This document shows positions 1 through 8,465 of a stretch of 64,000 nt of DNA, piece after piece (the stretch's first letter is position 1; each line of letters starts with the position of its first letter). Made by a program: the position numbers and the translations under genes. Location: the NCBI GenBank assembly GCA_009777475.1, contig WRLU01000006.1:5863-69862 (forward strand), in the 5' to 3' direction. The notes beneath the pieces were generated by a model, which did no database searches, was not told the DNA's origin, and saw only the letters and a list, made by a program, of their open reading frames with translations. This stretch comes from Oscillospiraceae bacterium. Lineage in GTDB: Bacteria; Bacillota; Clostridia; Oscillospirales; UBA929.

Positions 1-595
1 CGGAGGCCTCCTTTTTTCTCAGCAGGCCGCAAAACTCCTGACGGTTCAGCTTTAGGAGGTCAACACCGGCGTTGATCCCTTCCTGCAGAGCCTCGCCCTG
101 GGCATCAAAAAGCACATAACCCTTTGTATTTTTTATTCTTTTTATGATAGTTCTGTAGGTATCGGGCTCGGAACCGCAGGGTAGTGCTCCGGCGAGTACA
201 AAATAACTGCCCTTGCCTCCGCGGTACAAAAGCTTGGCAATTAGCAGCTCCATTTCATGTGCGGAAATCGGCTGGCCCGGCTCGTTAAGCTCGGTCACTA
301 CCCCGCTGGAATCCCGTATTTTTATATTTTCCCTAGTAACAGCCTGTGTGGTTACAAAGTCGCAGGTTAAGCCCTGCTCTATAAGTTTTTTTAAAAATAG
401 CTCACCCGCCGGTCCCCCGGCAAAGCCTACTGCCGCCGACTGACCGTCCAGAGCCAGGATCATCCGGGAGACGTTAACGCCCTTCCCCCCGGCATCCATT
501 GTAATATCGCGCAACCTATTGACCCTGCCGGGAAGGAATTGATCAACATATGCGGATTTGTCGAGAGCGGGATTCAGCGAAAGGGTAACTATCAC
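1..595 (-). CDS. fruK: 1-phosphofructokinase / PfkB-family sugar kinase, N-terminal ~198 codons (3' end outside window)
   Basis: Absent from the ORF track because it runs off the window edge. Reverse-strand reading from GTG at 595 (AGGAGG about 9 nt upstream) gives MIVTLSLNPALDKSAYVDQF..MDAGGKGVNVSRMILALDG..DLLKLNRQEF, a PfkB/FruK N-terminal pattern. The frame stays open to nt 1. Confidence 0.75.
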   Translation of the reverse strand, partial: MIVTLSLNPALDKSAYVDQFLPGRVNRLRDITMDAGGKGVNVSRMILALDGQSAAVGFAGGPAGELFLKKLIEQGLTCDFVTTQAVTRENIKIRDSSGVVTELNEPGQPISAHEMELLIAKLLYRGGKGSYFVLAGALPCGSEPDTYRTIIKRIKNTKGYVLFDAQGEALQEGINAGVDLLKLNRQEFCGLLRKKEAS

Positions 596-698
596 AACAA
601 TCTTCCTCCTTGACGATTTAGGGGATGTCTGAAGGAAGTATATCAAATCGGGGGACTAGTTGTCAAACATAACTATTTATTTGGGCCTCACGGTTTTT

Positions 699-1604
699 TC
701 ATTCCTTAGCGGCACTGGAGTAGCTTTTGCCGGGCTTCAATTTTTTTCCTCGGGCTTCAAACATCTCGCTTACCGTAACAATCCGATAACCTTCGCCGAT
801 CAGCCTGTCAATTATAACAACGGCAGCTTTTACTGATGCTTTATGTATATCGTGCATTAACACAATAGCACCGTCTTGCACTCCGTACGGTTGGGGCTGA
901 TAAGCTTTTTTGATTATTTTCTTCACATTTTTAAGGCGGTAATCCTCGGTATCCACCGACCAAAGTATCGAAACCAGGCCCTGCTCCTTGGCTTCACGGC
1001 GGGACAGCTTGTCCATTGCACCGTAAGGAAAGCGCATAAGACGCGGGGTTTGATCCGTATGTTTTTTTATCAGCCTGGAGCATTGTTTAAGCTCTCGTCT
1101 CATTCTTTTGGGCGAGATACCAATGCCGTAGGGGTGGGTCATGGTATGGTTGCCTATCTCATGGCCATCGTCTGCCATGCGCTTCAGGATCCCGGGGTAT
1201 TTCTCTATACGCTCACCTATTACAAAAAAGCTCACTTTAACGTCCCTCTCCCTAAGGGCGTCCAAAAGGCTTTCTGTATATTTACCGGGTCCATCATCGA
1301 AGGTTAGTGCAATCAGCTTTTGCTCCGGTCCGGCGGGCGGGTTTTTCGGAACACCGAAACTATTGTTATCCGGCATAGGTTCATCGCCAGCTGAGAGTAC
1401 GGAGATTTCAGCCGGTTGGTAGCCTTGATCTGCCTCCATTGCCTCTGCGGCGGCAACAGCCTGCCCGGCCGACAGGCATTGTGACGTTTCATCACTTTTT
1501 ATTGCCGGCGGAGTGAAAAACAACCCTAAAACTATTGGGATTATATAAATCAAAAGTATTGCCGCAGCTACACCCTGCCGCCTTGTTTTCTCCAAAAACA
1601 GCAT
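699..1604 (-). CDS. Polysaccharide (peptidoglycan) deacetylase, NodB-homology domain, N-terminal TM anchor
   Basis: Motifs LTFDDGPG and HEIGNHTMTHP; hydrophobic segment AAAILLIYIIPIVLGLFF near the N-terminus. Confidence 0.85.
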   Translation of the reverse strand: MLFLEKTRRQGVAAAILLIYIIPIVLGLFFTPPAIKSDETSQCLSAGQAVAAAEAMEADQGYQPAEISVLSAGDEPMPDNNSFGVPKNPPAGPEQKLIALTFDDGPGKYTESLLDALRERDVKVSFFVIGERIEKYPGILKRMADDGHEIGNHTMTHPYGIGISPKRMRRELKQCSRLIKKHTDQTPRLMRFPYGAMDKLSRREAKEQGLVSILWSVDTEDYRLKNVKKIIKKAYQPQPYGVQDGAIVLMHDIHKASVKAAVVIIDRLIGEGYRIVTVSEMFEARGKKLKPGKSYSSAAKE

Positions 1605-1661
1605 ACCATCCCCCCATGTAGAGTATACTACAATATGCGGGAGGGTTCAACAGGTTGTGAT

Positions 1662-1700
1662 AAAAAAATTATGCCGGGGCTTTTCCCGGCATAATTTTTT
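1662..1700 (-). terminator. Intrinsic terminator after malQ (bidirectional shape: A-run, 12-bp stem, T-run)
   Basis: aaaaaaATTATGCCGGGgcttttCCCGGCATAATtttttt lies between the malQ stop (1730) and the deacetylase start (1604). Confidence 0.7.
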
Positions 1701-1729
1701 GCTGAGGTATGATTTTACTCTTAGTATAA

Positions 1730-3220
1730 TCATACCCTTTTATACGTCTTGGTCATGTGCAGAAGCTTACCTGCTACCTCGTCATTCAGTGCCTCCTCCC
1801 GTACGCGCCATCTCCAGTTTTGACCGCCCAGAGTGGAGGGGGTGTTAACACGGCTGTCCATGCCAAGTCCTAAAATATCTTGGAGCATTGCCATGGCTAA
1901 TCGGGCGGGGCTACCCCATATGGCTTTTGATGCTCCCCAGCCGTAGCCTTCGTCTTGCCGTAGCCGCAGATAGTCAAAGCATAATTCCCGCTCTTGCTGA
2001 CCGGCTTCCTCCGTAAGCCAGCCCTTAAAGGGCGGCGAGTCATGGGAGGAGGTATACGCCACGCAGTCATGCGGAAAATTATGCGGCAAAAATTCTGAGT
2101 CCTGCCATGGGTCGAAGGCGTATACCAGCACCTTCATCCCGGGCAGTCCCGATTGGCTGAAAAATTCTCGTGTCTTGCCATCAATTTCCCCCAAATCCTC
2201 GGCAATAAGGCTTCCGGGCGGCAGGGCTTTTTTAATTTGCTCAACAAATTGAATGCCAGGCCCCTTTTTCCATTTGCCCGACAAGGCGGTTTCGGCACCG
2301 GCTTTAACTGCCCAGTATGCGTAAAAACCTCTAAAATGGTCAATGCGCACAATGTCAAAGCATCTTTGCGCCCTTTTCAGGCGTGCAATCCACCACTTGT
2401 ATCCGTTTTTTGCATGAGTACCCCAGTTATACAGAGGGTTCCCCCATAGCTGACCTGTTGCGCTGTAATAATCCGGAGGCACCCCCGCTACCAGTGAGGG
2501 TATGGCCGGAGCCTTGAGCATAAACAACTCTGGCCGTGACCAAACCTCTACACTGTCCTCGGAAACATAAATGGGCAGATCGCCAATCATCAGTATGCCT
2601 CTTTCCTTTGCATATAACCTCAAGCTCTTCCATTGTGTCCAGAAAAGATACTGCACAAATTTATGAAAAACGATGCTTTCACTGCACTCTGCCTCTGCCT
2701 TTGCTATTGCGGTTTTTTCCCGGGCAATCAGGCCTTTGTCCTGCCAATCCTTTAACGGTCGCATATCGTATTTTTCTTTGCAGGCCATATATAATGCGTA
2801 GTCGTGCAGCCAGCTTTTATTTTTAGAGGCAAACGCCGCCAATTCAGCGGCAAGCTTCTCTTTCCCTCTATTAAAAGCTGTTCGTAGGATGTCAAGGCGG
2901 GTGGCGTACAGCTTGCCGTAGTCAATATAATCGATGTCATTGATGAAGTCTGGCCTGTCAATGTCACGGCTTGACAGCAGCCCCATATTGCAAAGCTCAT
3001 CTAAATCAATCAAATATGGGTTTCCTGCATCCCCGCAGCAGGATTGATATGGTGAGTCGCCAAATCCGGTAGGACATAGCGGGAGCATTTGCCAATATTT
3101 TTGCCCTCCTGCAACTAAGAAGTCAATAAATTTTCGTGCCGGAGCACCGATAGATCCAATACCATACGGTCCGGGCAGTGATGTTACGGGCAGAACAATT
3201 CCTGATTGACGCTTGTGCAT
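1730..3220 (-). CDS. malQ: 4-alpha-glucanotransferase (amylomaltase, GH77)
   Basis: 496 aa. N-terminus RQSGIVLPVTSLPGPYGIGSIG..YWQMLPL and overall length are typical of MalQ. Confidence 0.9.
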   Translation of the reverse strand: MHKRQSGIVLPVTSLPGPYGIGSIGAPARKFIDFLVAGGQKYWQMLPLCPTGFGDSPYQSCCGDAGNPYLIDLDELCNMGLLSSRDIDRPDFINDIDYIDYGKLYATRLDILRTAFNRGKEKLAAELAAFASKNKSWLHDYALYMACKEKYDMRPLKDWQDKGLIAREKTAIAKAEAECSESIVFHKFVQYLFWTQWKSLRLYAKERGILMIGDLPIYVSEDSVEVWSRPELFMLKAPAIPSLVAGVPPDYYSATGQLWGNPLYNWGTHAKNGYKWWIARLKRAQRCFDIVRIDHFRGFYAYWAVKAGAETALSGKWKKGPGIQFVEQIKKALPPGSLIAEDLGEIDGKTREFFSQSGLPGMKVLVYAFDPWQDSEFLPHNFPHDCVAYTSSHDSPPFKGWLTEEAGQQERELCFDYLRLRQDEGYGWGASKAIWGSPARLAMAMLQDILGLGMDSRVNTPSTLGGQNWRWRVREEALNDEVAGKLLHMTKTYKRV

Positions 3221-3837
3221 TAAGTCAACCTCCCTGTGGGGTATAAATTTGCAGTTTGCAGTAAATCAATCTGCATATATTCTGGTGCTTCTTTTGGAAT
3301 TGCAATTTCATTTAGCGGTATAACCGCACCAAAAAAAGAAAACACATCTCTAAATCGTTCTGCATTTTCACCATAATATACAGCACAGCAAGACATAGGT
3401 GCTCCCTTGTTATCACTGTTTCCCTCAATAATAAATTTTAACCGAGTATCATACAAAAAACATATTGAGCTTGCAAGCGGATATACATATTTTTTCCAAT
3501 GGGATGTATTTGTTGCCACTGGAACTAACGCGATAATTTCAGCGTTGTATTTTTTATACGTATCAGCTATTTTTTCAAACCAGTGACGGATTGCGGTATG
3601 CCGCTCCTTGTCAGCTCCATATGGCGGATTCACATAGATAGTCCTATAGTTCCATTCTTCACGCAATCCATCTGTTTCGGGAAGTAAAAATTCTGTCGTA
3701 GCATTTACAACGGAGTATATGCTTGAGCAAGGGTCTAAATCAATGCTCCCATGGAAAACCCTTTTAACTGCATCGACATATTTTTTTGGAGTACACCAAT
3801 CTTTTATTTCAGTTACAGCTTGCCGCCCAGCCGACAT
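3220..3837 (-). CDS. DNA N6-adenine methyltransferase, phage-Dam-like small MTase
   Basis: 205 aa. WCTPKKYVDAV..IDLDPCSS (motif I-like) and YVNPPYG (motif IV, NPPY). Very AT-rich. The stop overlaps the malQ ATG by 1 nt (TAATG). Confidence 0.75.
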   Translation of the reverse strand: MSAGRQAVTEIKDWCTPKKYVDAVKRVFHGSIDLDPCSSIYSVVNATTEFLLPETDGLREEWNYRTIYVNPPYGADKERHTAIRHWFEKIADTYKKYNAEIIALVPVATNTSHWKKYVYPLASSICFLYDTRLKFIIEGNSDNKGAPMSCCAVYYGENAERFRDVFSFFGAVIPLNEIAIPKEAPEYMQIDLLQTANLYPTGRLT

Positions 3838-3839
3838 AT

Positions 3840-4943
3840 TTAGCCCTCCAATTCACTCAATTTATTTAACATAACTTTCAGCTTATTAATATCCCCTTTA
3901 TTTGGGGAAATAACGTTAAACCATTTTTGAATTTTATCTAAATTTTCTGCAAAATATTTTGTCAAAAGCCTGTCGGCCTGGGTATCCATATTCGTTTTTG
4001 TAAATCTATTGCTTTTCCTTCCTTGTGTATAACTTTGTTGAAAAGCATCTCTTATTTGATAAAATTTTGGATTGTCATCTAAAAGAATATCTTGAATAAA
4101 AGTTGCCAAACCGTTGTCTGTCAAAAAGAGAAGCCAATCATAGGATTGTGCTAAAACCTTTATTTCTTTGTTCTGATTGTTTGACGTAAACCAGTTGCCA
4201 TGATTGCTTACAATCCCAACAGTTAGAATAAAATGTTTTAGAATTTCCTCGTTATATTCAAAAATTGCGTGTTCTATTAATGTATTATAATCATCATAGG
4301 TTTTAAGTTTTCCTCTATGTTCAACAGCACCTGCCATCCTTCCGTCACTCAATCGTATTCTTTGAATGGAAGAAACTGTGCGGGCAACATAAGAACCTTG
4401 CTTTGCCTTTTCTATTGTTTGAGGACCTTTCTTGCAACCATCCTCAACACCGACACGCTTACATTCAAACATTGCAAAAGGCTCATTGCTGAGTTCATAA
4501 AGAAAAATATTTTCCATATCTTTTGAGAAATACGCATTGCAAAACGCTAGATCTGAGAAAGCAACTGTGCAAGCATTTCTAATAGTTCCGTCTTTTAATA
4601 AATTACGGCTAGATGGCTTTTGGAAATTTCCAGAAAGCTTGGCATTGCTAAAAATTCTTGTTGACGTTATGGATTCTTTTTTCGGGGCTTCAAGAGTTCT
4701 AATTAACTTACTGCGATGAAAGGTAAATTCAACATTATGCTTAATTTCTTGGTTAGCATATTCGGGTAAGGGTTTTTCAATCGCTATTTTAAATTCATGC
4801 CCCCAAGCTTTAATCAAATAAAAGCTTATAATTTCAACAATTGTCCCTAACGCTCTTCCAGCAGCTTTTTTTGGAGATTCCACATGAGAAAAGACCTCCT
4901 TAGACATTGCGTTTTGCATTTTATCTATCGACTGATATTTCAT
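3840..4943 (-). CDS. Uncharacterised protein, putative restriction endonuclease partner of the adjacent MTase (PD-(D/E)xK-like D..ECK motif)
   Basis: The track ORF 3840..4976 starts at GTG. I prefer ATG 4943 (MKYQSID..), which is preceded by AGAGGAAGGG and overlaps the serS stop as TAATG. Candidate catalytic segment: KDMENIFLYELSNEPFAMFECKRVG. It ends 2 nt from the MTase start. I recognise no family. Confidence 0.45.
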   Translation of the reverse strand: MKYQSIDKMQNAMSKEVFSHVESPKKAAGRALGTIVEIISFYLIKAWGHEFKIAIEKPLPEYANQEIKHNVEFTFHRSKLIRTLEAPKKESITSTRIFSNAKLSGNFQKPSSRNLLKDGTIRNACTVAFSDLAFCNAYFSKDMENIFLYELSNEPFAMFECKRVGVEDGCKKGPQTIEKAKQGSYVARTVSSIQRIRLSDGRMAGAVEHRGKLKTYDDYNTLIEHAIFEYNEEILKHFILTVGIVSNHGNWFTSNNQNKEIKVLAQSYDWLLFLTDNGLATFIQDILLDDNPKFYQIRDAFQQSYTQGRKSNRFTKTNMDTQADRLLTKYFAENLDKIQKWFNVISPNKGDINKLKVMLNKLSELEG

Positions 4944-6226
4944 TAACACCCTTCCTCTCTTGTTAACCGTCCGCACTTCATATAACCATGCAAAGCTTCA
5001 GGCAGCGCAATGCTTCCATCGGCATTTTGGAAGTTTTCCAAAATGGCAGCAACAGTACGCCCTACGGCTAAACCGGAGCCGTTGAGAGTGTGAACAAATT
5101 TCGTCTTGCCGTCTTCGGCGCGGTAACGTATAGCACCCCTCCTGGCCTGAAAATCTTCAAAATTCGAGCAGGATGAAATTTCTACATACTTTTCATAAGA
5201 GGGCATCCAGACCTCCAGGTCATAGGTTTTCGCACTTGAAAACCCTAAATCCCCGGCACAAAGTGTCACTACACGGTAGGGAAGTCCTAGCATTTGCAAA
5301 ATCCTTTCGGCATCGCCCGTCAGGATATCTAATTCATTATATGAGTTTTCAGGCAGAGAAAATGTCATCAGCTCTACCTTGTTAAACTGGTGCTGACGAA
5401 TCAATCCCCTGGTATCGCGCCCGGCACTCCCCGCCTCGGCACGGAAGCATGGGGTGTATGCACAATAACGTATGGGAAAGTCGTCGGGGGAAAGTATCTC
5501 CTGGCGGTGCATATTGGTCAGGGGAACCTCGGCGGTGGGTACAAGAAAATAATCCGTACCGACAAGCTTAAATGCATCCTCTTCAAACTTGGGGAGTTGC
5601 CCGGTGGCAGTCATTGATTCGCGATTGACCATGTATGGCGGCAGGATCTCGGTGTAGCCGTTTTGAGTGTGGGTATCCAAAAAGAGGTTGTAAAGGCTCC
5701 TTTCTAACCGTGCTCCCTGACCTTTGTAAAAATGAAATCTAGCCCCGGTGACCTTTGCGGCTGCGGCCGGGTCGAGAATACCTAGATCTTTTCCTATCTC
5801 CCAGTGAGGTCTGGGCGTAAAATTAAATTCACGCGGCTCTTGGAATCTTCTAGTCTCAACATTCGATCCTGAATCCGCCCCCTCCGGAATATCTGGGCTG
5901 GGAATGTTAGGGAGCGAGAGCATAAGATGCTCAAGGTCATTCCCTATCTCTCTCAAAGAGCTTTCTAAACCGGGAATTTTTTGAGACAGATCTTTCATTT
6001 GCGCCATGATTTCGTCTGTGTTTTCTTTGGCTTTTTTCATCATGGGAATTCTTTTTCCGGCAGCATTCTGTTCCGCCTTGAGGCTCTCTATCTGGGCTAA
6101 AAATGATCGTTTCTGCCCATCTAACTCTAAAATCCGGTCAATACAATCCGCCAAAGCCTTGCCCCGGCGTGCCAGGCCTGCCTTGAATTGCCCTGGGCTT
6201 TCCCTGATTTGTTTAATATTCAGCAC
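4943..6226 (-). CDS. serS: Seryl-tRNA synthetase
   Basis: 427 aa. N-terminal coiled-coil arm MLNIKQIRESP.. and a class II core (TGQLPKFEEDAF, FRAEAGSAGRDTRGLIRQHQFNKVE, GSGLAVGRT). Confidence 0.95.
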   Translation of the reverse strand: MLNIKQIRESPGQFKAGLARRGKALADCIDRILELDGQKRSFLAQIESLKAEQNAAGKRIPMMKKAKENTDEIMAQMKDLSQKIPGLESSLREIGNDLEHLMLSLPNIPSPDIPEGADSGSNVETRRFQEPREFNFTPRPHWEIGKDLGILDPAAAAKVTGARFHFYKGQGARLERSLYNLFLDTHTQNGYTEILPPYMVNRESMTATGQLPKFEEDAFKLVGTDYFLVPTAEVPLTNMHRQEILSPDDFPIRYCAYTPCFRAEAGSAGRDTRGLIRQHQFNKVELMTFSLPENSYNELDILTGDAERILQMLGLPYRVVTLCAGDLGFSSAKTYDLEVWMPSYEKYVEISSCSNFEDFQARRGAIRYRAEDGKTKFVHTLNGSGLAVGRTVAAILENFQNADGSIALPEALHGYMKCGRLTREEGC

Positions 6227-6243
6227 TGTACTCTCTCCTTTTA

Positions 6244-7089
6244 TTATTCTGCCAGAAGACGCTCGACTAATGCTTCTAAATCATCGGCGTCATAAAATTC
6301 AAGCTCGACCTTGCCCTTTCTGCGCCCGGCCGAAATAGATACCTTGCGTCCCCATTTTTCCGAAAGCTGTTTTTCATGCCCGGCTAAATAATTGACCGGG
6401 GTCTTTGGCTCTTCGGTGTCCTTGTCCAGCTGTTCTGCCAGCTTTTTGGCGTACACCTCCGCCTGGCGTACGCTCATTGCCTGCTCCTCCATACGCCGTG
6501 CCGCACCTTCCCGGCGTTTTTCCGGCAGGCTAAGCAATGGACGGACATGACCCTCCGATAGCTTTCCCTCATGCAGCATTTGCAGCACACCTTGGGGCAG
6601 GGATAGCAATCTGACAGTATTGGCGACTGCCGAACGAGAACGACCAACCTGGGAGGAAACCTCTTCTTGTGTTAAACCGTATTCTTCCATTAGAGTTCGG
6701 TAGCCTTGAGCGATTTCAACTGGGTTCAACCCCTCGCGCTGAAGGTTTTCAATCAGGGCAAGCTCTGTAGCCTGACGGTCGTCCGCCTCATGGACAATAG
6801 CCGGAAGGAGTGTTACTCCCGCCATGCGTGCCGCACGCCATCTGCGTTCACCCGCTATGATTTGATAGGTTCCGCTGGGTTGACGGCGCACCAAAAGCGG
6901 ACTTATTACCCCATGAGTTTTTATGGAGTCGGCTAATTCAGATAACGGCTCCGGTTCAAAGCTCTTGCGCGGCTGGCTTTCATTTGGCTCAATTTCAGAG
7001 AGGCGTAACATAACCGCACCCTCTCCGGGCATTGCGGCACCTTCGCCCAATAACGCACCCAATCCTTTTCCAAGACCCTTGCTTGTCAT
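6244..7089 (-). CDS. parB: Chromosome partitioning protein ParB/Spo0J
   Basis: MTSKGLGKGLGALL start, GERRWRAA box, HTH region. The start is trimmed from track 7209 to ATG 7089, which forms an ATGA overlap with the upstream MATE stop. Confidence 0.9.
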   Translation of the reverse strand: MTSKGLGKGLGALLGEGAAMPGEGAVMLRLSEIEPNESQPRKSFEPEPLSELADSIKTHGVISPLLVRRQPSGTYQIIAGERRWRAARMAGVTLLPAIVHEADDRQATELALIENLQREGLNPVEIAQGYRTLMEEYGLTQEEVSSQVGRSRSAVANTVRLLSLPQGVLQMLHEGKLSEGHVRPLLSLPEKRREGAARRMEEQAMSVRQAEVYAKKLAEQLDKDTEEPKTPVNYLAGHEKQLSEKWGRKVSISAGRRKGKVELEFYDADDLEALVERLLAE

Positions 7090-8465
7090 ATGTTTTTCTC
7101 CTTCCAGTTTGAATTTGACTTTCCATCTTTCCTCATAATCCTGATAAGCGACAGACCTAGCATGACGGATATTCCTGTTGTCAGCATATCGGCCCCCGGT
7201 TGAGCCCACACAAGCCCTTCAAATCCGAATTGGTAACTAAGCAGATATAGCAAAGGTATATAAAACAGAAGCTGCCGCCCCATTGTGATTATCATGGCTT
7301 GAACAGGCTTCCCGAGAGCCTGGAATGAAACCATCAGTGTCATTTGGGGGCCTATAAACGGGAGACCCAGCACAAAAATCTTCATTATGGCAACACCTGC
7401 CTCAATCGTTGGCTCATCGTTTATAAACAGCCTGATAATGTCCTCGCCCAATAATCTCAAAGCAATAGTACCGGCAAGGCAAAGCCCAAAAGAATATATC
7501 AGGGTTACCTTGAAGCCTTTGCTAACCCTGGAGAGTTGGCCGGCTCCATAATTATATCCGGCAAAGGGCTGATAACCTTGGACAAGAGCCAAAACCATCA
7601 TAAAAAACATGCTGCTTATACGCATTTGTACACCGTTACCCGCAATCACATGCTCGCCGTAGCCCGCCAAAACCCGATTCCCTAGAACATTTGAAGCACT
7701 CATAATAATTATGCTTAATCCGGACGGAAGGCCAACTGACAACACCTGAAGCATCATTTTCATGTCGGGCTTCCAGTCGCCAAGGCGTATTGACAAAACT
7801 GTTTTTTTGGATAAAAAATAGTAAACCCCATATCCAAACGACACCATTTGCCCGGTTCCTGTCGCCCATGCCGCACCCTGGGTACCCATTCCAAAGCCTA
7901 ATATCAAAATTGGGCTTAGAATTACATTTGTCACAATGCCGATGAGTTGGAGAATCAGTGCCTTATCAGCCGCACCCTCGCTACGCATTTTTCCGCTCAT
8001 TGCAACCGATGCCGCCGCGAACGCCACAAAGAGGATAAGCACCGAAAAATAATCGCTGGTGTGAGAAAAAGTTGCGTCACTTGCCCCTATAAGCCATATC
8101 ATCGGTGTTTTAATACAAAAGAGAACAGCAGCAAGGATGACCCCAAGGCCAAAAACAGTGTAAAGCGATACAGCAGAGGTGTGCCGGGCGCGTTCGATTT
8201 TATTTGCTCCCAGGAGACGTGATATATAACTCGAACCGCCAACAGCGAATATATTCCCCAAGGCCTGCGACAGCATAAACAATGGAAACGCAAGGGAAAC
8301 TGCCGCTAACATATCGGGGTTGCCTGTCTGTCCTATGAAAAATATATCGGTCATACTGTGAATTGATTGGGCAAGCATTGCTACCATCATGGGCAGTGCA
8401 AGCTGTATAATCGCTCTGCCTGCCGGGGCTGATTTCATCAGATCAATACCACTGCCTCTCAACAA
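7086..8465 (-). CDS. MATE-family multidrug/oligosaccharidyl-lipid efflux transporter
   Basis: 459 aa polytopic membrane protein with a typical MATE N-terminus (GRAIIQLALPMMVAMLAQS). TTG start 8465 has GGAGGG 6 nt upstream; the alternative is ATG 8438. Confidence 0.85.
   Translation of the reverse strand: MLRGSGIDLMKSAPAGRAIIQLALPMMVAMLAQSIHSMTDIFFIGQTGNPDMLAAVSLAFPLFMLSQALGNIFAVGGSSYISRLLGANKIERARHTSAVSLYTVFGLGVILAAVLFCIKTPMIWLIGASDATFSHTSDYFSVLILFVAFAAASVAMSGKMRSEGAADKALILQLIGIVTNVILSPILILGFGMGTQGAAWATGTGQMVSFGYGVYYFLSKKTVLSIRLGDWKPDMKMMLQVLSVGLPSGLSIIIMSASNVLGNRVLAGYGEHVIAGNGVQMRISSMFFMMVLALVQGYQPFAGYNYGAGQLSRVSKGFKVTLIYSFGLCLAGTIALRLLGEDIIRLFINDEPTIEAGVAIMKIFVLGLPFIGPQMTLMVSFQALGKPVQAMIITMGRQLLFYIPLLYLLSYQFGFEGLVWAQPGADMLTTGISVMLGLSLIRIMRKDGKSNSNWKEKNI

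Noticed and set aside
213-443. 76-aa plus-strand ORF from the track.
   Set aside because: It lies entirely antisense to a well-supported PfkB/FruK reading frame and has a low-complexity, unconvincing translation.
6227-6243. T-box or riboswitch leaders for serS, and likewise for proS (47881-47960) and lysA (18386-18404).
   Set aside because: The intergenic spaces of 17, 80 and 19 nt are too short to hold such leaders.
7090-7209. 40-codon N-terminal extension of parB in the track ORF (6244..7209).
   Set aside because: The extension overlaps the MATE gene end. The canonical ParB N-terminus MTSKGLGKGLGALL begins at ATG 7089, which forms an ATGA overlap with the MATE stop.
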